Shown here one piece after another: positions 17,522 through 27,719 of a stretch of 64,000 bases of DNA (within the stretch, counting starts at the first letter, position 1; each line of letters begins with the position of its first letter). The translations under genes were made by a program, and so were the position numbers. Under the pieces are notes generated by a model. That model was given only the letters and a program-made list of their open reading frames with translations, was not told the DNA's origin and did no database searches. This DNA is from Leptolyngbya sp. Prado105 (lineage in GTDB: Bacteria > Cyanobacteriota > Cyanobacteriia > Leptolyngbyales > Leptolyngbyaceae): positions 908 to 64,907 of the forward strand of contig JALOOO010000007.1 of NCBI GenBank assembly GCA_025454375.1, read 5' to 3'.

Positions 17522-19573
17522 TTATCCCAATAGCGATTGATAAATCGATTCCACTCGATCGTAGTGTTGGTCAAGATTTGATCGCCCCTTGATCAATCGA
17601 TCGACTTCGACATCGCGATCGATCTGTCTTGATTCTTTTTGTCGTACTAAATTATCCAATTCGGACTTTCTCGATCGAATATCATCATCAATCCGTTGAA
17701 TAATCCCGTTCTCATAGGTCTCAAAACATTCCTGAACCGAATTGTAAATGGGCTGCCATTGTTCTTGCGCAATACTTGGCAAATGCTGCATCAATTCCTT
17801 TTTCACCGCTTTAGCAAACCGTTGTCGCGCATCATCTGCTTGAAAGGCTCCGATCGCCAGACCTGCTAGCAACACCCCAAACGGACCCAAAATCGACCCA
17901 AACAAAAACGCAACGCCAACTGTTGCAACTAGATTCAGAGTCACCGTGCCAAAGTCAAATCCACTGATCGCAAGAGCCGCCCCTGCCAAATTTCCACGCG
18001 ACAAGGAGAACAATCCCATCGCCCACTTTGCCCAACTCGGTGCAGTCTCGTCTTTCTCACTAGATTTTAGCCGCGCCTGAATGCCCGTCATCTTCTCACT
18101 AATCTGTGCTGTCACCTCACTATAGGTAGCACCATGCTTTTCAGCACTGCAAGACAGTTCAGAAAATGCCGCTTTCAATTCTTGATCGGCGGTCAATGCC
18201 CAGGCCGCAAATTTATCACTCACATACTGCTGAAATCCCTGTTTTGATTTGGCATTAAAGCATTCTCGTTTCGACTCACTAAAGAAATCCAAAAACTGAA
18301 GTTCATTCGGCTGATATTTAAGAAAATCCTGCTCAAACGTCGCTTCCATGCCCATCAAGTAACTCCGAAACGAATCTGCGATCGCGCGAGCTTTCTTGTC
18401 TTCCAACTGCCGAATTTCACTGCGAAAGCGATCGCGAATCTCAGAAAGCTTCTGAAACTCAGGCTCAACGGATTCAATTCGTTGCTTCAATTCATTGAGA
18501 TCTTGATCTAGCAAGGGAATCCGCAGGTCGATCGCTTCTCGGACGCGACGTTGAGTTTGCCACACCAAAGCTCTCGCTTTTCTCAATTCAGAAACCGCTC
18601 GCTCCTGCGTCAAAAACACATTTAAGGCAGCTAAAAACTCAGGAAATCCTGTCCCATTTAACGCTGCATTTTGATCTTTGATGCGTCGTCGCAGTGCCTG
18701 GATCGCTGAAATCTCGAATACTCGTTCATCATAGAGATCGTGACCCTCAACTTGACAGTACTCCGCCAAGTTTGATCGAAAGACTCGTCTCAATTTGGAC
18801 TCTGCTTCTGCTAACTCCTCCGGATCATCTGGATCAATCAAACTCTCTTTCACTTGATCCCAGGCATTCACCAAAAAGAATACAGACAACCCGCGCTCTT
18901 TGATGTAATTCTCCAAATATCGACGTTCTGCAAGCGTGCAAGGCTGAGTAGATCGCATCACAAACAAAATCGCATGACAGTTGTGAATGTAGCTCAGCGA
19001 GAGTTCATTCCGCGCTTCCGTATCATTCAAACCAGGACTGTCAACGATTTCTACTCCTTTCTCAAGCAATGCCAAGGGATACTCAACAACCGCGTGACTG
19101 ATATCTGGAAAGGCTTGCTGATTATTTTGCTCCAGTGCTTTGGCTTCTTCAGGTGCGATCGTGTATTGCGTTTTGAAGGTTCTAAAATCAACCTCTAGCG
19201 GCGACTTCCCATCATTAAAATGAATCGTGACGCGCTTCTCAGCGCCATATTTCAGCACCGTCAACAGCGCTGTGCAAGGATTCACATCACTAGGCAGCAG
19301 ATTCTCACCTAGCAACGCATTGAGAAACGTACTTTTCCCACGTTTCATATCTCCCAGCACGAGGAGACGAAACACTCCCGCTTTCAGGGCTTCCCCAGCA
19401 TTCTTCAAATCCTCAATCTCGCACTCTAGCCCTAACTGACCGGAAGCTCCTTCACTCTCAGTCTCGACTTGATTTAAAGCGGTTGCGATCGCATGGATTT
19501 CATTTGCCATCGCAGCCCGACTCTGCACGACTCGATCGAGGTCGCTGAGAAAATTCATTGTTTCAATTCGCAT
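17522..19573 (-). CDS. Bacterial dynamin-like protein, BDLP1-type
   Basis: GDMKRGKST, SDVNPCT, DSPGLND, LVNAWD, PSWAKWAMGL, hydrophobic paddle LNLVATVGVAFLFGSILGPFG; resembles recalled Nostoc punctiforme BDLP1. Confidence 0.95.
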   Translation of the reverse strand: MRIETMNFLSDLDRVVQSRAAMANEIHAIATALNQVETESEGASGQLGLECEIEDLKNAGEALKAGVFRLLVLGDMKRGKSTFLNALLGENLLPSDVNPCTALLTVLKYGAEKRVTIHFNDGKSPLEVDFRTFKTQYTIAPEEAKALEQNNQQAFPDISHAVVEYPLALLEKGVEIVDSPGLNDTEARNELSLSYIHNCHAILFVMRSTQPCTLAERRYLENYIKERGLSVFFLVNAWDQVKESLIDPDDPEELAEAESKLRRVFRSNLAEYCQVEGHDLYDERVFEISAIQALRRRIKDQNAALNGTGFPEFLAALNVFLTQERAVSELRKARALVWQTQRRVREAIDLRIPLLDQDLNELKQRIESVEPEFQKLSEIRDRFRSEIRQLEDKKARAIADSFRSYLMGMEATFEQDFLKYQPNELQFLDFFSESKRECFNAKSKQGFQQYVSDKFAAWALTADQELKAAFSELSCSAEKHGATYSEVTAQISEKMTGIQARLKSSEKDETAPSWAKWAMGLFSLSRGNLAGAALAISGFDFGTVTLNLVATVGVAFLFGSILGPFGVLLAGLAIGAFQADDARQRFAKAVKKELMQHLPSIAQEQWQPIYNSVQECFETYENGIIQRIDDDIRSRKSELDNLVRQKESRQIDRDVEVDRLIKGRSNLDQHYDRVESIYQSLLG

Positions 19574-19890
19574 TAGAACTTCCGCCCATCAATAAAAACT
19601 TTGTAGAGAGCAAACGCGATCGCAACGACAATCACGAGAGTCGCCAATGCACTGGCAATCCGAACTGCCGCAATCACACAAACTACAATGCCAACAAAGC
19701 TGGCAATCTTGATTGCGTTACGTTTCCAACGTTGAAATCGTGTTTCGGGAGACTGATGTTTGACAGTTTGATGAAATGGGGGCGAGTTCACTTCCGCTTC
19801 AAGTTCGCGCAGTCGCATAGCGAGTTCGCGTTCTTCAAGCTCCTTTTCGCGCTGGCGCAACTCTTCTTCTCTTGAATTTGAAGAACTCAT
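19573..19890 (-). CDS. Small membrane protein (DUF3040-like): N-terminal coiled coil plus TM hairpin
   Basis: REEELRQREKELEERE followed by two hydrophobic segments; stop overlaps the BDLP start (TAATG). Confidence 0.8.
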   Translation of the reverse strand: MSSSNSREEELRQREKELEERELAMRLRELEAEVNSPPFHQTVKHQSPETRFQRWKRNAIKIASFVGIVVCVIAAVRIASALATLVIVVAIAFALYKVFIDGRKF

Positions 19891-19942
19891 GATCGAGATC
19901 GACTAAAGTTTGCTGTTCTAGCATTCCCACAATCCAAGAGCT

Positions 19943-20674
19943 TTAAATTGATCGACGAATCTCCGATCGCAATTTTTCTAATTCTGGATCAACAGGCGGA
20001 CTCGCAGGCAACGAACCCTGATTCATTTGCCCTTTCATCGCAGCGAGTTCGGCATCAATCTCATCCCCTTGACCCAACGACTCAAACCGCTTTTCTAATG
20101 TATCGTTGCTCAATTCTGCCATCGCTTCCGATCGCGCTTCGAGTTGCAGCACCTTATCTTCCATACGCTCAAACGCATTCATTGCGCTGCCTGTTCTGAC
20201 TCGATTTAGCATTTCATTCAATTGCTCAGACGCTTTTGCCGATCGCGCCCGTGCAATATACATATCTTTTTTCGTTTTCGCCTCAGAAATCTTGCCCTCA
20301 AGCTTCATCATGTTCTGCTTTAGTTGAGTGACGATCGCGCCTTGTTGACTTAACTGCGCTTCCATGGCACTCGCCGTTTCTACATAACTTTTTCGCCGCG
20401 CTAGGGCTTCGCGTGCCAAATTCTCATCGCCTTTTTGTAGCGCTAACTGCGCCCGACGATACCATTCCTCTGAATTGGTACGGGCTTGGGACGCTTGACG
20501 TTCGGTGCGTTTTTGAGTCGCGATCGCTTGCGCGACGGCTTGGCGAAGCTGAATCAAATCATTCTGCATATCCAAAACGGTCTGCTCCAGAATTTTCTCT
20601 GGATCTTCCATTTTGCCAACCAGGTCATTTAGATTTGCACGAATCACGCGCCAAATTCGGTCAAACAGTCCCAT
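19943..20674 (-). CDS. PspA/IM30 (Vipp1-like, ESCRT-III superfamily) protein
   Basis: MGLFDRIWRVIRANLN...EDPEKILEQ...KISEAKTKK...AFERMEDKV; short C-terminal helix VDPELEKLR; GGAGAGG SD before ATG 20674. Confidence 0.95.
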   Translation of the reverse strand: MGLFDRIWRVIRANLNDLVGKMEDPEKILEQTVLDMQNDLIQLRQAVAQAIATQKRTERQASQARTNSEEWYRRAQLALQKGDENLAREALARRKSYVETASAMEAQLSQQGAIVTQLKQNMMKLEGKISEAKTKKDMYIARARSAKASEQLNEMLNRVRTGSAMNAFERMEDKVLQLEARSEAMAELSNDTLEKRFESLGQGDEIDAELAAMKGQMNQGSLPASPPVDPELEKLRSEIRRSI

Positions 20675-20760
20675 AGCAGCCTCTCCGCAGAATGGTGAAG
20701 GGGAATACCCTAGCTCTAGCTCACTCAATCCTACCGCAGGTTACTGAACCGTGAGTCTTC

Positions 20761-21885
20761 TTAGGGTTTGACTTCTGCCGCAATTCCCTGGCTTTTCAAT
20801 TCCTGAGCTTTGCGTTGTGCCTCAGCTTGATTGGTAAAAGCTGCAAGCTGAATCTTGCCATCGGAACGCACAAACGCATCGGGTATGACTCGACGGGCTG
20901 CACTCAAAGATTGATCTCCTGTGAATGGCACCTCAACTTTATATTGATAGGCACTATTGTTGGGTGGAGTCGCTGTCGGGGATTTGGCAACAGTAATAGG
21001 CGGCAATAGAATCGAAGACCCTGCCATCGGCATCGGCTGTGGGGAAGGTTGTGGAGAAGCAACAACGGTCGGCGCAGGAGAGGCATTCGGTGTGGGTGCA
21101 ACTAAAGCCGCAGCCGCAGCTTGAGTCGGAGTCGGACTGGGAGAAGCGGCAATTGTGGGAATGGGTGCGGGTCTAGTTTGCAGTGCTGAAAGCGTGTCTA
21201 ATCCTAAATCTGAAAATTCATCGCGATCGAGTCGAGGCGAAGTTGGGGTCAATCCAGTGGGAGATTCGCTTGCAGGCGAGTCACTCGAAGAATCTGCGAC
21301 TTCTGATGTGCCCGAATTTTGCCAGAGTCCACTGACGATCGTCGGATTCATAATTACATAGCCCAACATTGCGCTCGATACGAGCAATGTCAGCATCGAG
21401 CCAATTCCCAGCGGGGTGGATAAACTCTGCAAAAAACCGCGTTCAACTTCGACTTTTGCTTCTTCTCGCTTCAAACTTTTCAGCAAATGCTCAGAAGATT
21501 CTAAATAGTCATCCGGTGGCGTTGAAGCTTCGGCAACAGCATAAGGATCGCCTGCGGTTTCAGAGGTATAGGGAACCATTGCGCTTTCGTCAAAGTCCGG
21601 GATGTGAATTTCCCCGATCGCAGCGGCTCCAAGATCAAACGAAATAGCTTTGGGCGGTTCAGTCACGCGTGCAGCTTCGACCGTTGCAGTTCCGCCAAAT
21701 GACATCAAATCGAGGGGCTTTTTTGCAGGTTGCTTAGGACGCAATACGATCGGGGCAACGCTCAATCCTGCACGCTGCCGTCGATAGCGGGTCAATTCAT
21801 CTTCGAGACGCAGATCCAAACAGCCTAAAGCCTCTTGCAATCTAGCATTAGGGGCACTTTTTGAAGTAGCTCGATCGCGACGCAT
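20761..21885 (-). CDS. Membrane protein with Pro-rich linker and C-terminal SPOR-like domain
   Basis: ALGCLDLRLEDELTRYRR, one TM helix, C-terminal KIQLAAFTNQAEAQRKAQELKSQGI; AGGAG before ATG 21885. Confidence 0.7.
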   Translation of the reverse strand: MRRDRATSKSAPNARLQEALGCLDLRLEDELTRYRRQRAGLSVAPIVLRPKQPAKKPLDLMSFGGTATVEAARVTEPPKAISFDLGAAAIGEIHIPDFDESAMVPYTSETAGDPYAVAEASTPPDDYLESSEHLLKSLKREEAKVEVERGFLQSLSTPLGIGSMLTLLVSSAMLGYVIMNPTIVSGLWQNSGTSEVADSSSDSPASESPTGLTPTSPRLDRDEFSDLGLDTLSALQTRPAPIPTIAASPSPTPTQAAAAALVAPTPNASPAPTVVASPQPSPQPMPMAGSSILLPPITVAKSPTATPPNNSAYQYKVEVPFTGDQSLSAARRVIPDAFVRSDGKIQLAAFTNQAEAQRKAQELKSQGIAAEVKP

Positions 21886-22047
21886 AAGGGGAAAACTCCT
21901 CGATTGAAAGCCGTAAAATTCGGAAACACTCGGAACAGCAAAATCTGAGATTTCAGTGTAGTTCAGAGTTTTCAATTCGACGCAAAAATCTTGGCAACGC
22001 AGGTCACAATAGATCCAGAGCCAGATCCAAAGCCCTCGGTGAGTCGT

Positions 22048-22587
22048 ATGTCGTTTCAAGAACTGCAATCCATTTTGGGTGCGATCGAACCGCACTATCA
22101 TTCACCCGAACGCCAACAACTTCAGCAGATTCTTGAGCATTGGGTCGATCTAGCGGGGACAGATCTCGCAACCGCAACCCAGCCGATCTCGCTGCAACGC
22201 AACACATTAGAAGTGGCAACAGCTAGCCCAGTTTGGACGCAAACCCTCGTGTTCAAACGGTTTGGTATTTTGAAGAAAATTCGCGATCGCTTTGCGATCG
22301 ATCTCAGTGACATTCGCTGTTCTACTGTGCAGTGGAGAACCGCACCGAACCCCACTGCCCTCGAAGGCGACCTTTGGCAAAATCATCCCAGTCAAGTTCC
22401 AGCGACGACTCAACCACGCGAAACACAACTTGCCCTCTTTCACGACAGCCGTACTGCATTTGAGCGCTGGTCCTCTACGATTCAAAGCCGCTCCCAACAC
22501 TTACCCCTCTGCCCAAAATGTAATAGCCCTACCCCACCCGGCGAATTAGAACGCTGGTCAGTTTGTGCAATTTGTGAATCAAGCTGA
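22048..22587 (+). CDS. DUF721/DciA-family protein with C-terminal Zn ribbon
   Basis: ILEHWVDLAG...LEVATASPVWTQTL...IRC; CPKC...CAIC. Confidence 0.8.
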   Translation: MSFQELQSILGAIEPHYHSPERQQLQQILEHWVDLAGTDLATATQPISLQRNTLEVATASPVWTQTLVFKRFGILKKIRDRFAIDLSDIRCSTVQWRTAPNPTALEGDLWQNHPSQVPATTQPRETQLALFHDSRTAFERWSSTIQSRSQHLPLCPKCNSPTPPGELERWSVCAICESS

Positions 22588-23225
22588 GGAGGCCTGGATA
22601 CACAATTCGTAGATTTTCTATTTTGTACACCGTCTATATACGCAAGTATAATTCCTCTATTTTTCAGACGTTCAAATTTACTTCCTGAGTGACACTTAGG
22701 TGAGGCATTTTTTCAGAAATTAAGATGTTTCTAAGGCAAACAATTGTCTTTGGATTCTCATAACCTTTAAAGAATTTACTCTCTAAAAACAGAAGGTTGC
22801 TTTCTGTTCTCTATGATCCCCATCGTTTTTTTGATGAAGCGAATTCGATTCATTAGAAATCCAAGCGGTTATCTTTAGAGTGATCCCCAAAATCTAAAAA
22901 CAATATGAACTTTATTTCTCGAAATTAAGCTCTAAAATCGAGGCACATCAATCGCTTCAAAGGTTTTCGATAGATTAGCCCCACTTTCGCTTCGATTCAC
23001 AATAAACGTTAGAAACTACGTCTTCTCTTGTCATTGCAACTTCGCTAATTTTGAATCGCTCCAACTCGATTTGATTGAGATTAGTTAATTTGCTTCATTT
23101 AATTTCACTTACTCGCGGTCATCAAGAATAAAACTGAAGATTTTGTTAAGAAATCATAGACGTTTTTTCACATTTGTAAACACTTGTCCGAAACATGAAA
23201 AGTAGCTTGCTCTCTAGCGACTCCT

Positions 23226-23410
23226 ATCTTTGAACCGGAATGGGGATTTTCAGCAATTCCCGTCTGGCATCGTGAGTCTTCGTTTGCACTCTCGACTCAC
23301 CCTGAAGGCATCACCTTCACTCAGCCTGTAGAACCGATGATCTCTGATGCTGAAGTGAAGATTTAGAGCGCACTAAAAAAACGCACCCCGATTCGGGGTG
23401 CGTTTTTTTA
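23226..23410 (+). ncRNA. Structured small RNA candidate, identity unresolved
   Basis: No ORF; stems GGGGATT/AATTCCC (23242-23261), GTGAGTC/GACTCAC (23272-23300), CTTCACTCAGC/GCTGAAGTGAAG (23315-23360), then a terminator with a U7 tract on the plus strand. Ends are approximate. Confidence 0.55.
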
Positions 23411-23413
23411 GTG
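23371..23413. terminator. Bidirectional Rho-independent terminator
   Basis: CACTAAAAAAACGCACCCCG-ATT-CGGGGTGCGTTTTTTTAGTG: perfect 20-bp arms with A7 and T7 tracts. Confidence 0.92.
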
Positions 23414-23427
23414 TCAATTGCGTCAAA

Positions 23428-23841
23428 TTAGGGAGCCTGGGTCGGTTGAGCTTGAGTCGGTTGTATCAGTGGCTCAACATCTCCTAGAACAACGGTACGC
23501 GAATCCGCTGGGATTCGATTTGCTTGCTCTTGGACGACCGTAGAAGTTTGATGAGGATCAAATAGATTTGCAAATTCTGCTTTTAAGCGATCGACCCGTA
23601 CATTCGCCGTTTTGACTTCAGATTGGATCTCTTGAAGCTTGGCTTGTTGGCTGACACTATAAGGAATAAGCTGTGTCAAAGCCGCGATCGCAGCGCTAGA
23701 AATTAAAGCATTCACACCCAGTTTCACGATCGCTTCGGCAGCTAGCACACGAGAGCGCACTTGGCGACGTGCAGGTTGATGGGCGCGAGAGCGGCGTGAT
23801 CTTGGCGATTCAGGGGGTTGTGGTAGAGGAAGTGCGTTCAT
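23428..23841 (-). CDS. Slr1601-family putative cell-division (FtsB/L-like) protein
   Basis: Basic N-terminus, TM helix, coiled coil QAKLQEIQSEVK...VDRLKAEF, FDP...QEQ motif. Confidence 0.7.
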   Translation of the reverse strand: MNALPLPQPPESPRSRRSRAHQPARRQVRSRVLAAEAIVKLGVNALISSAAIAALTQLIPYSVSQQAKLQEIQSEVKTANVRVDRLKAEFANLFDPHQTSTVVQEQANRIPADSRTVVLGDVEPLIQPTQAQPTQAP

Positions 23842-24289
23842 GGGTTCATATAGCGGGACAGCATCGGAAAGCTACTCAAGCACAGCAAAGATTCACTTAA
23901 AAATCGGACGATGTGCGAGCAATGTTGGCAGCGTGATGAACAGTCTTCACCTCTTGCAAGTGAAGAAAATTGAACCTCAGTGGATCAAAAAATTGATTTA
24001 CTGTCGGTAGAGCTAATCCAAGATTGCAAATCTGGAACCCAAAATCAAGGCGTACTAGTGAACTAAGCTGGGTTATCACCTTGAAAAACTTGACAGAATT
24101 GTCAGGATTTTCGCTTGCTTTTGAGTGGCTTTCTAATCCAACCTGTCTAGGGGAAACCCTTTTCAGGCAGGAAACTTGCCTTGATAGTCTACTCGCTGAT
24201 TGCGAAAATAAACCCGTGAATTTACGGTTTTCTCCCCTCAACTTTGCGAATCGGCATCGAAACAAGTTTCCTACTTGTTGGTTAGAACC

Positions 24290-24385
24290 TTACTTATAAA
24301 GCTCGGTTGATAACCGGAACGCCAAAACTCCCGGAATGAGAGCGATGACGAGCGCGACCAGAACTTGAGTATCGGATAAAGGCAT
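24290..24385 (-). CDS. psaM: Photosystem I reaction centre subunit XII
   Basis: Not in track. [31 protein letters not shown]; AAGGAG SD upstream. Confidence 0.97.
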   Translation of the reverse strand: MPLSDTQVLVALVIALIPGVLAFRLSTELYK

Positions 24386-24543
24386 GTTTTGAAACTCCTT
24401 ATCTCAGGGTTATAGTTCCTCAATGTGAACGAAAACGCACATTTCGGAAAGTCTTTGTAACAAGATGCAACAGAGAATGTGCGTAGATTTGTACTGTTTG
24501 CGGCATTTTCGGAATCGTAAATCTCGCAAAAATTGTGGAATGC

Positions 24544-25353
24544 CTAGCGCGATCGTGCCTGTGCGGTGGTCAAAACTCTCAGCGCTTCAGCTTGGGTCAT
24601 TCCAGGTTTGAGTTCGGGCATGTAGAGCATTTGGATCAGGGCTTTATCGAGGTCTGAGAAGCGGGTGATATCTGTCCATGACTGGTAGAACATGCTATCA
24701 GAATAGCGATAAGAATCTCGCATGAGACCGAGCGACTGGGTAAGTTCTTCGCGGATCAGATGCGATCGCTCTTTTTGTGTGATGCCTGTGCTGGCGACCA
24801 AGATATTGGCATAGTTAATCATGCCTCGGGTATTCCAGCGGGTAATGAAAAAACCAAAGTTAACGGGCACATAAGCAGGCTCAAGCTGCTTGAATCGAGA
24901 TTCTGGAGCGAAGTGAATCGTGAGATTGGGATTGCGATTGGTGATCTGCATCCGAATTGAACCCCGTGTCAACTCATTGATCTCACGAATGACGGTCTGT
25001 AGCGTAGTCCGATCTGCTGAGGTCGGTCTGCCCAGAACTTGAATCCGAATCTCGCCGCTCCACTTGCGAATTCTAGGCGCAGATTCTTGGTTGTATTCTG
25101 CTCCCATCGCGATTTCCATGAAGTAATCGATCTGCGCTTGGCTAAACGCAGATCCGGAACGAATTGTTTTTGCTTGGGAGGAATAGACTGAAGTTTTCGG
25201 AGGGAGATTCGATGCGATCGAGCCACCACCCATCGTGGAGGTATCGTCTTGCGATGAAGTCATCGATCGTCCAATGCCTGCTGCCAAGACTCCAAGGGTC
25301 AAAGCACCTGTAAGCATTAAACTTCGACTGACAAGCTGCACATTCGATTTCAT
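24544..25353 (-). CDS. DUF2927 domain protein (exported)
   Basis: Signal/anchor segment; IRKWSGEIRI, HLIREELTQSLGL, YSDSMFYQ. Confidence 0.8.
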   Translation of the reverse strand: MKSNVQLVSRSLMLTGALTLGVLAAGIGRSMTSSQDDTSTMGGGSIASNLPPKTSVYSSQAKTIRSGSAFSQAQIDYFMEIAMGAEYNQESAPRIRKWSGEIRIQVLGRPTSADRTTLQTVIREINELTRGSIRMQITNRNPNLTIHFAPESRFKQLEPAYVPVNFGFFITRWNTRGMINYANILVASTGITQKERSHLIREELTQSLGLMRDSYRYSDSMFYQSWTDITRFSDLDKALIQMLYMPELKPGMTQAEALRVLTTAQARSR

Positions 25354-25442
25354 TCATTTCCCTCTCAAAGTCAGACGCTTCATGCACTCTAGAGTTCCCT
25401 AGAAGGCAGGTATGTGTCTCTCTGTCCTAAATTTTCAGCCGA

Positions 25443-27173
25443 TTAAGCTTCAATCGGGATAGTCTGCTGAATTGGAATCTGGATCACAAATTCTGTGCCT
25501 TCGCCCAGGGTTGAGGTGTAATCTAACTTGCCCTTGTGCTTCTGCGTAATAATCTGATAGCTGATCGACATACCCATGCCTGTGCCTCTGCCAACAGGTT
25601 TAGTGGTGAAGAAAGGATCAAAAATCCGCGATCGCGCCGATTCAGGAATGCCGCAACCATTGTCAGAAATTGCAATCTCAACCCAATTGGAATAAATCAT
25701 AGACGTGCGAATTTTGATATGAGCATTCGTTGTTGAATGCTTGTCCTCCAGTGCATCGATCGCATTGGCAATGATGTTCATAAAAACCTGATTCAGTTGT
25801 CCTGCATAACATTCAACACAAGGCAGATCGTCATAGTCTTTGACAATTTGAATCGCAGGCAAATTTCGCTGTTCTAATCGATGCTGCAAAATCATCAGAG
25901 TGCTATCAATTCCTTCATGAATATTGACGGGCTTGAATTCTGCTTCATCCATGCGAGAAAAACTTTTTAGCGACAACACAATTTGCCGAATTCGTTCAGT
26001 TCCGATTTTCATAGAAGACAAAATTTTGCCGAGATCTTGTTGAATAAAACTCAATTCAAGATCTCGCTCATCTTCAAATTCAGACACGAGTTCTGGTGCT
26101 TTCTGTTGGCATATTTCGACTAATTCGGTAATGTCTTTTACATATCTGTCTACATAGACAACATTGCCATGAATAAAGTTAACTGGATTATTAATTTCAT
26201 GTGCAATTCCGGCAACGAGTTGCCCTAGGCTGGACATTTTCTCGCTTTGAATCAGTTGGAATTGAGCGTGTTGTAATTCTTGAATTGCTGCTTCTAGATC
26301 AAGCTTCTGCTGTCGCAAAAGGGCTTCAGACTCTCTCAAATCCAATTCAATGACTTTACGTTCTGTAATTTCAGTTTCCAATTTTTGGTTGGTAACAATG
26401 ACTTCTGTACTGCGATCGAGCAAAGATACATAGGATTCTCGCAGTCGATCAGTCATATGATCGAACTCATTCGCCAACTGTTCAATTTCATCGCCTGTGT
26501 TGAAATTTAATCGGTAGTTGAGATTGCCTTGAGCCAATTCAGATGCACCAAATTGCAGCTTCTCGATCGATCGAATTACAGGCATTAAAATTAGCCAGTA
26601 CTGCGCTCCTAAGACCAGAATAATTAAACCAAGCGCTGCATAAGTGACGACTTGATCGATTCGTTTTAATCGACCTAATTCTTTGCGGCTTTCGCCATCT
26701 TTTTGCAGAAAGTCTTTTAGCAGCTTTTCTAGATGACGACTAATATCAGCTTCAAACCGATTAATCTCGCTAAAATCTGCTTGAAGATGTTCGATCGGAT
26801 GATCGGATGGTTTTAGCGTTTTGGAGCTAATTCTTTTTAAGGATTGGAATTGATTTTTAATTTGAGCAACTTCAACATTGCCCCCAAACCCTCTCTCGAA
26901 TTGGTTGATCGCGTCGAGAAATCCCTGCTGTTCCTGCTTGAAATCTGATGAATTTTGATCATTGAGCAAAACAATATCTTTAAGCCGATTCACTTGCCCT
27001 CTAAGATTTGCCCGCATTTGATGGACGGCTTCTAATCCATCATTCAGTTTCTGCCGTTTGATAAAAATATCTTCTTGTGCCCGTCGAACCCAGGATTGCC
27101 CCCCGACCAACACCGCAGCCATGACGATCGCAATGACGATCGAAGAACTCGAAAACTTACTCGAAATTCTCAT
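25443..27173 (-). CDS. Membrane sensor histidine kinase (HAMP-HisKA-HATPase)
   Basis: Two TM helices, GDEIEQLA HAMP, AGIAHEINNP H-box, NQVFMNII N-box, DNGCG, FDPFFTTK, GTGMG. Confidence 0.95.
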   Translation of the reverse strand: MRISSKFSSSSIVIAIVMAAVLVGGQSWVRRAQEDIFIKRQKLNDGLEAVHQMRANLRGQVNRLKDIVLLNDQNSSDFKQEQQGFLDAINQFERGFGGNVEVAQIKNQFQSLKRISSKTLKPSDHPIEHLQADFSEINRFEADISRHLEKLLKDFLQKDGESRKELGRLKRIDQVVTYAALGLIILVLGAQYWLILMPVIRSIEKLQFGASELAQGNLNYRLNFNTGDEIEQLANEFDHMTDRLRESYVSLLDRSTEVIVTNQKLETEITERKVIELDLRESEALLRQQKLDLEAAIQELQHAQFQLIQSEKMSSLGQLVAGIAHEINNPVNFIHGNVVYVDRYVKDITELVEICQQKAPELVSEFEDERDLELSFIQQDLGKILSSMKIGTERIRQIVLSLKSFSRMDEAEFKPVNIHEGIDSTLMILQHRLEQRNLPAIQIVKDYDDLPCVECYAGQLNQVFMNIIANAIDALEDKHSTTNAHIKIRTSMIYSNWVEIAISDNGCGIPESARSRIFDPFFTTKPVGRGTGMGMSISYQIITQKHKGKLDYTSTLGEGTEFVIQIPIQQTIPIEA

Positions 27174-27338
27174 AGCTCTAGACTCCAGTCGTTTCAGGAT
27201 GAGCTAGAGCTTGAAAATTGAAAAAAAACTGGGCATTCACGTGCTGCATGGGGAACTACGAAACAGGGACATCTCGCCCATAATTCCCGATTAGCGCACA
27301 ACTAAAACGCTCAGAAATTCTTCAGTGGCAAATAAAAC

Positions 27339-27719
27339 TTAGAACCCTAACAATGATTTAGAGCCTCGATAATACGTTGCCCAGCGCTTTGCATCAGGAC
27401 GAGACTGCCACTGCGATCGCGTCACCCAAACTGAGACAACTGGAGATGCCATGCCGCCATTTCGCCCCACAATGACGACTGAAACCTCATTTGCCAGCAA
27501 ATCGCGATCGAAGCCTCGCTGAATTGCTGCCCGCGCCACGACTTCTGCACGGCGAACAAGCGAATCATAGGTTTCATTGGGTCTACGATCGAGGGTGACA
27601 TCAAGCCTAGTCGTATAGGCTTGGACAGAATTTGGAGTCGTGACGGCATCTATTCCCCAGACTGCTGCACCGCATCCTAACGTGAGAAAGCCCACCATCA
27701 AAGAATTCCGAAGTTTCAT
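27339..27719 (-). CDS. Conserved hypothetical exported protein
   Basis: Signal-like N-terminus (MKLRNSLMVGFLTLGCGAAVW); globular C-terminus; start uncertain (track 27776). Confidence 0.65.
   Translation of the reverse strand: MKLRNSLMVGFLTLGCGAAVWGIDAVTTPNSVQAYTTRLDVTLDRRPNETYDSLVRRAEVVARAAIQRGFDRDLLANEVSVVIVGRNGGMASPVVSVWVTRSQWQSRPDAKRWATYYRGSKSLLGF

Noticed and set aside
23897-24299. ORFs 23897-24265 (-) and 24024-24299 (+)
   Set aside because: No family motif or SD, and atypical composition; probably intergenic.
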